Of a DNA stretch of 64,000 bases, positions 62,921 through 64,000 are shown piece by piece (position 1 is the stretch's first letter; each line of letters starts with the position of its first letter). Below the pieces are notes generated by a model that was given only the letters and a program-made list of their open reading frames with translations, did no database searches and was not told where the DNA came from. The DNA is from Bryobacterales bacterium (GTDB taxonomy: Bacteria > Acidobacteriota > Terriglobia > Bryobacterales > UBA6623). The translations under genes were made by a program, and so were the position numbers. The stretch lies in assembly GCA_963422375.2 (NCBI GenBank), contig OY729428.2:1120001-1184000 (forward strand). The letters are read 5' to 3'.

Positions 62921-64000
62921 CTACCATTGCACCCGCATGCGGAACTGGATCGTCCGCGGGCCCTTCGGCTGCTCCGGCACGATCCTCCCGAAGCTCGAGC
63001 TGTTGATGTTGTTGCCGAACCTGCCCGCGATCCAGCGGTGCCGGTTCAAGCAGTTGAAGCAGTCCGCCCCGATCTGGAGCCGCACGTTCTCCGTCACTGG
63101 AATCTTCTTGAGCAGCGAGAAGTTCTCGTTGAAGTTGGGGCACTGCCGGGTTTCCTGATCGACCTCGGGGGCGTTGCCGAGCACGTAGTCGCCGGGCGGA
63201 AGCCAAGCCTGGGGCCTGTTCGGCGTGACCTGGCTCGGATTGCCGGCATTCAGGATGTAGTTTCGCTGGGGATCCCCGAAGACCATGTCGCCGCAGCCGA
63301 TATTGCTGCGCCACGGCACCTCCAAGGCGCGGTCGGCCAAGTTGCGCACGCCGCCTGGAATCCCGACCGAGAGCCCGCCCGAGGTCGAAATCGGAAAGCC
63401 GTTGACGTACTCCTGCACGCCGGCCACGGTCCAGCCGCCCAGCGCGTACTTGCTGAACAGGCTGCTGCTCCCCCAGCGCTGGCCCGGCCCGAACGGGAGA
63501 TCGTAGGAGTAGTTGAAGACCACTCGGTGGGTGGTGTCGTAGCGATTGATCCGCTTGTCTGTCCTGCGATTGTACGAGTTGCGGGTGTTGCTGCCGAAGG
63601 CCCCTGGAGCCCAGTCCACGTCGCCCAGCTGCTTGGCGAGCGTCCAGTGACCGAGGAAGGAGAGGCCGTTGGAATAGCGCTTCGTCGCCTTGAGCATGAA
63701 GGCGTTGTAATTCATGCCCGTGTTGATGCCGGCATCGTTGGAGATGTTGCCGTACTGCGGGAATCGCCGCAGGGCCCGCTGCAGCGGCAGCCCGTCCGGG
63801 AATTCCGGAAACGGCTTGCCGAAACCGGCATCCGCCACAGCCGGATCGTTGATCGGCAGGTTCAGCAGGGGCCCGAGGCTCCAGTAGTCGGGATGCAGGT
63901 CGTTGATCCGCTCGTGATCGGCGTTGTTCCGGCCCATGTTGGAGTAGAAGCTCGTCTCGAGCACCCAGCTGCGGAAAAACTCCCGCTGGAAGCCTGCGGT
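62921..64000 (-). CDS. TonB-dependent receptor (acidobacterial type), C-terminal part
   Basis: RRFPQY, KRYSNGLSF, YDLPFG.G, GGWTVAG, FN.LN, PRTIQF.MRVQW terminal beta-strand; runs off window. Confidence 0.9.
   Translation of the reverse strand, partial: TAGFQREFFRSWVLETSFYSNMGRNNADHERINDLHPDYWSLGPLLNLPINDPAVADAGFGKPFPEFPDGLPLQRALRRFPQYGNISNDAGINTGMNYNAFMLKATKRYSNGLSFLGHWTLAKQLGDVDWAPGAFGSNTRNSYNRRTDKRINRYDTTHRVVFNYSYDLPFGPGQRWGSSSLFSKYALGGWTVAGVQEYVNGFPISTSGGLSVGIPGGVRNLADRALEVPWRSNIGCGDMVFGDPQRNYILNAGNPSQVTPNRPQAWLPPGDYVLGNAPEVDQETRQCPNFNENFSLLKKIPVTENVRLQIGADCFNCLNRHRWIAGRFGNNINSSSFGRIVPEQPKGPRTIQFRMRVQW

Noticed and set aside
1..64000. tRNA or rRNA genes, or an att site for the integrase relic
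   Set aside because: No cloverleaf or rRNA-like sequence recognised in the intergenic regions

Overview
GC-rich bacterial window, most consistent with an Acidobacteriota (Bryobacterales/Solibacter-like) genome, possibly a host- or sponge-associated lineage. This is an inference from a TIGR03437-like domain, three CRTAC1/ASPIC genes, DUF1549/DUF1553-DUF1501 pairs, ankyrin/TPR proteins and a TonB-dependent receptor. Intact metabolic and secretome blocks (aroD-aroE fusion, trpE, ABC permease, ribulokinase, DUF1553/DUF1501 and cytochrome c/TPR/CRTAC1 operons) alternate with decaying defence and mobile DNA. The latter includes an Rpn nuclease with a probable internal antitoxin start, a full IS1380 with TIRs and a CTAG TSD, a pabAB-AAC(3)-IV-like-cupin cassette, an IetA-like AAA ATPase pseudogene and a YprA/DUF1998-type helicase preceded by a protein ending in a ribosomal L13e-like domain. 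Also present are two copies of a 255-bp MITE, two inverted IS1595 copies, an orphan CARF-HEPN gene, a truncated C5-methyltransferase and IS110/IS21/ISAzo13 relics. Two inverted DUF1156 methylase genes share identical constant blocks but differ in their variable regions, and flank two vapBC modules and an integrase relic. No rRNA, tRNA or CRISPR array was seen. All family calls are from motif recognition by eye; no searches were run.
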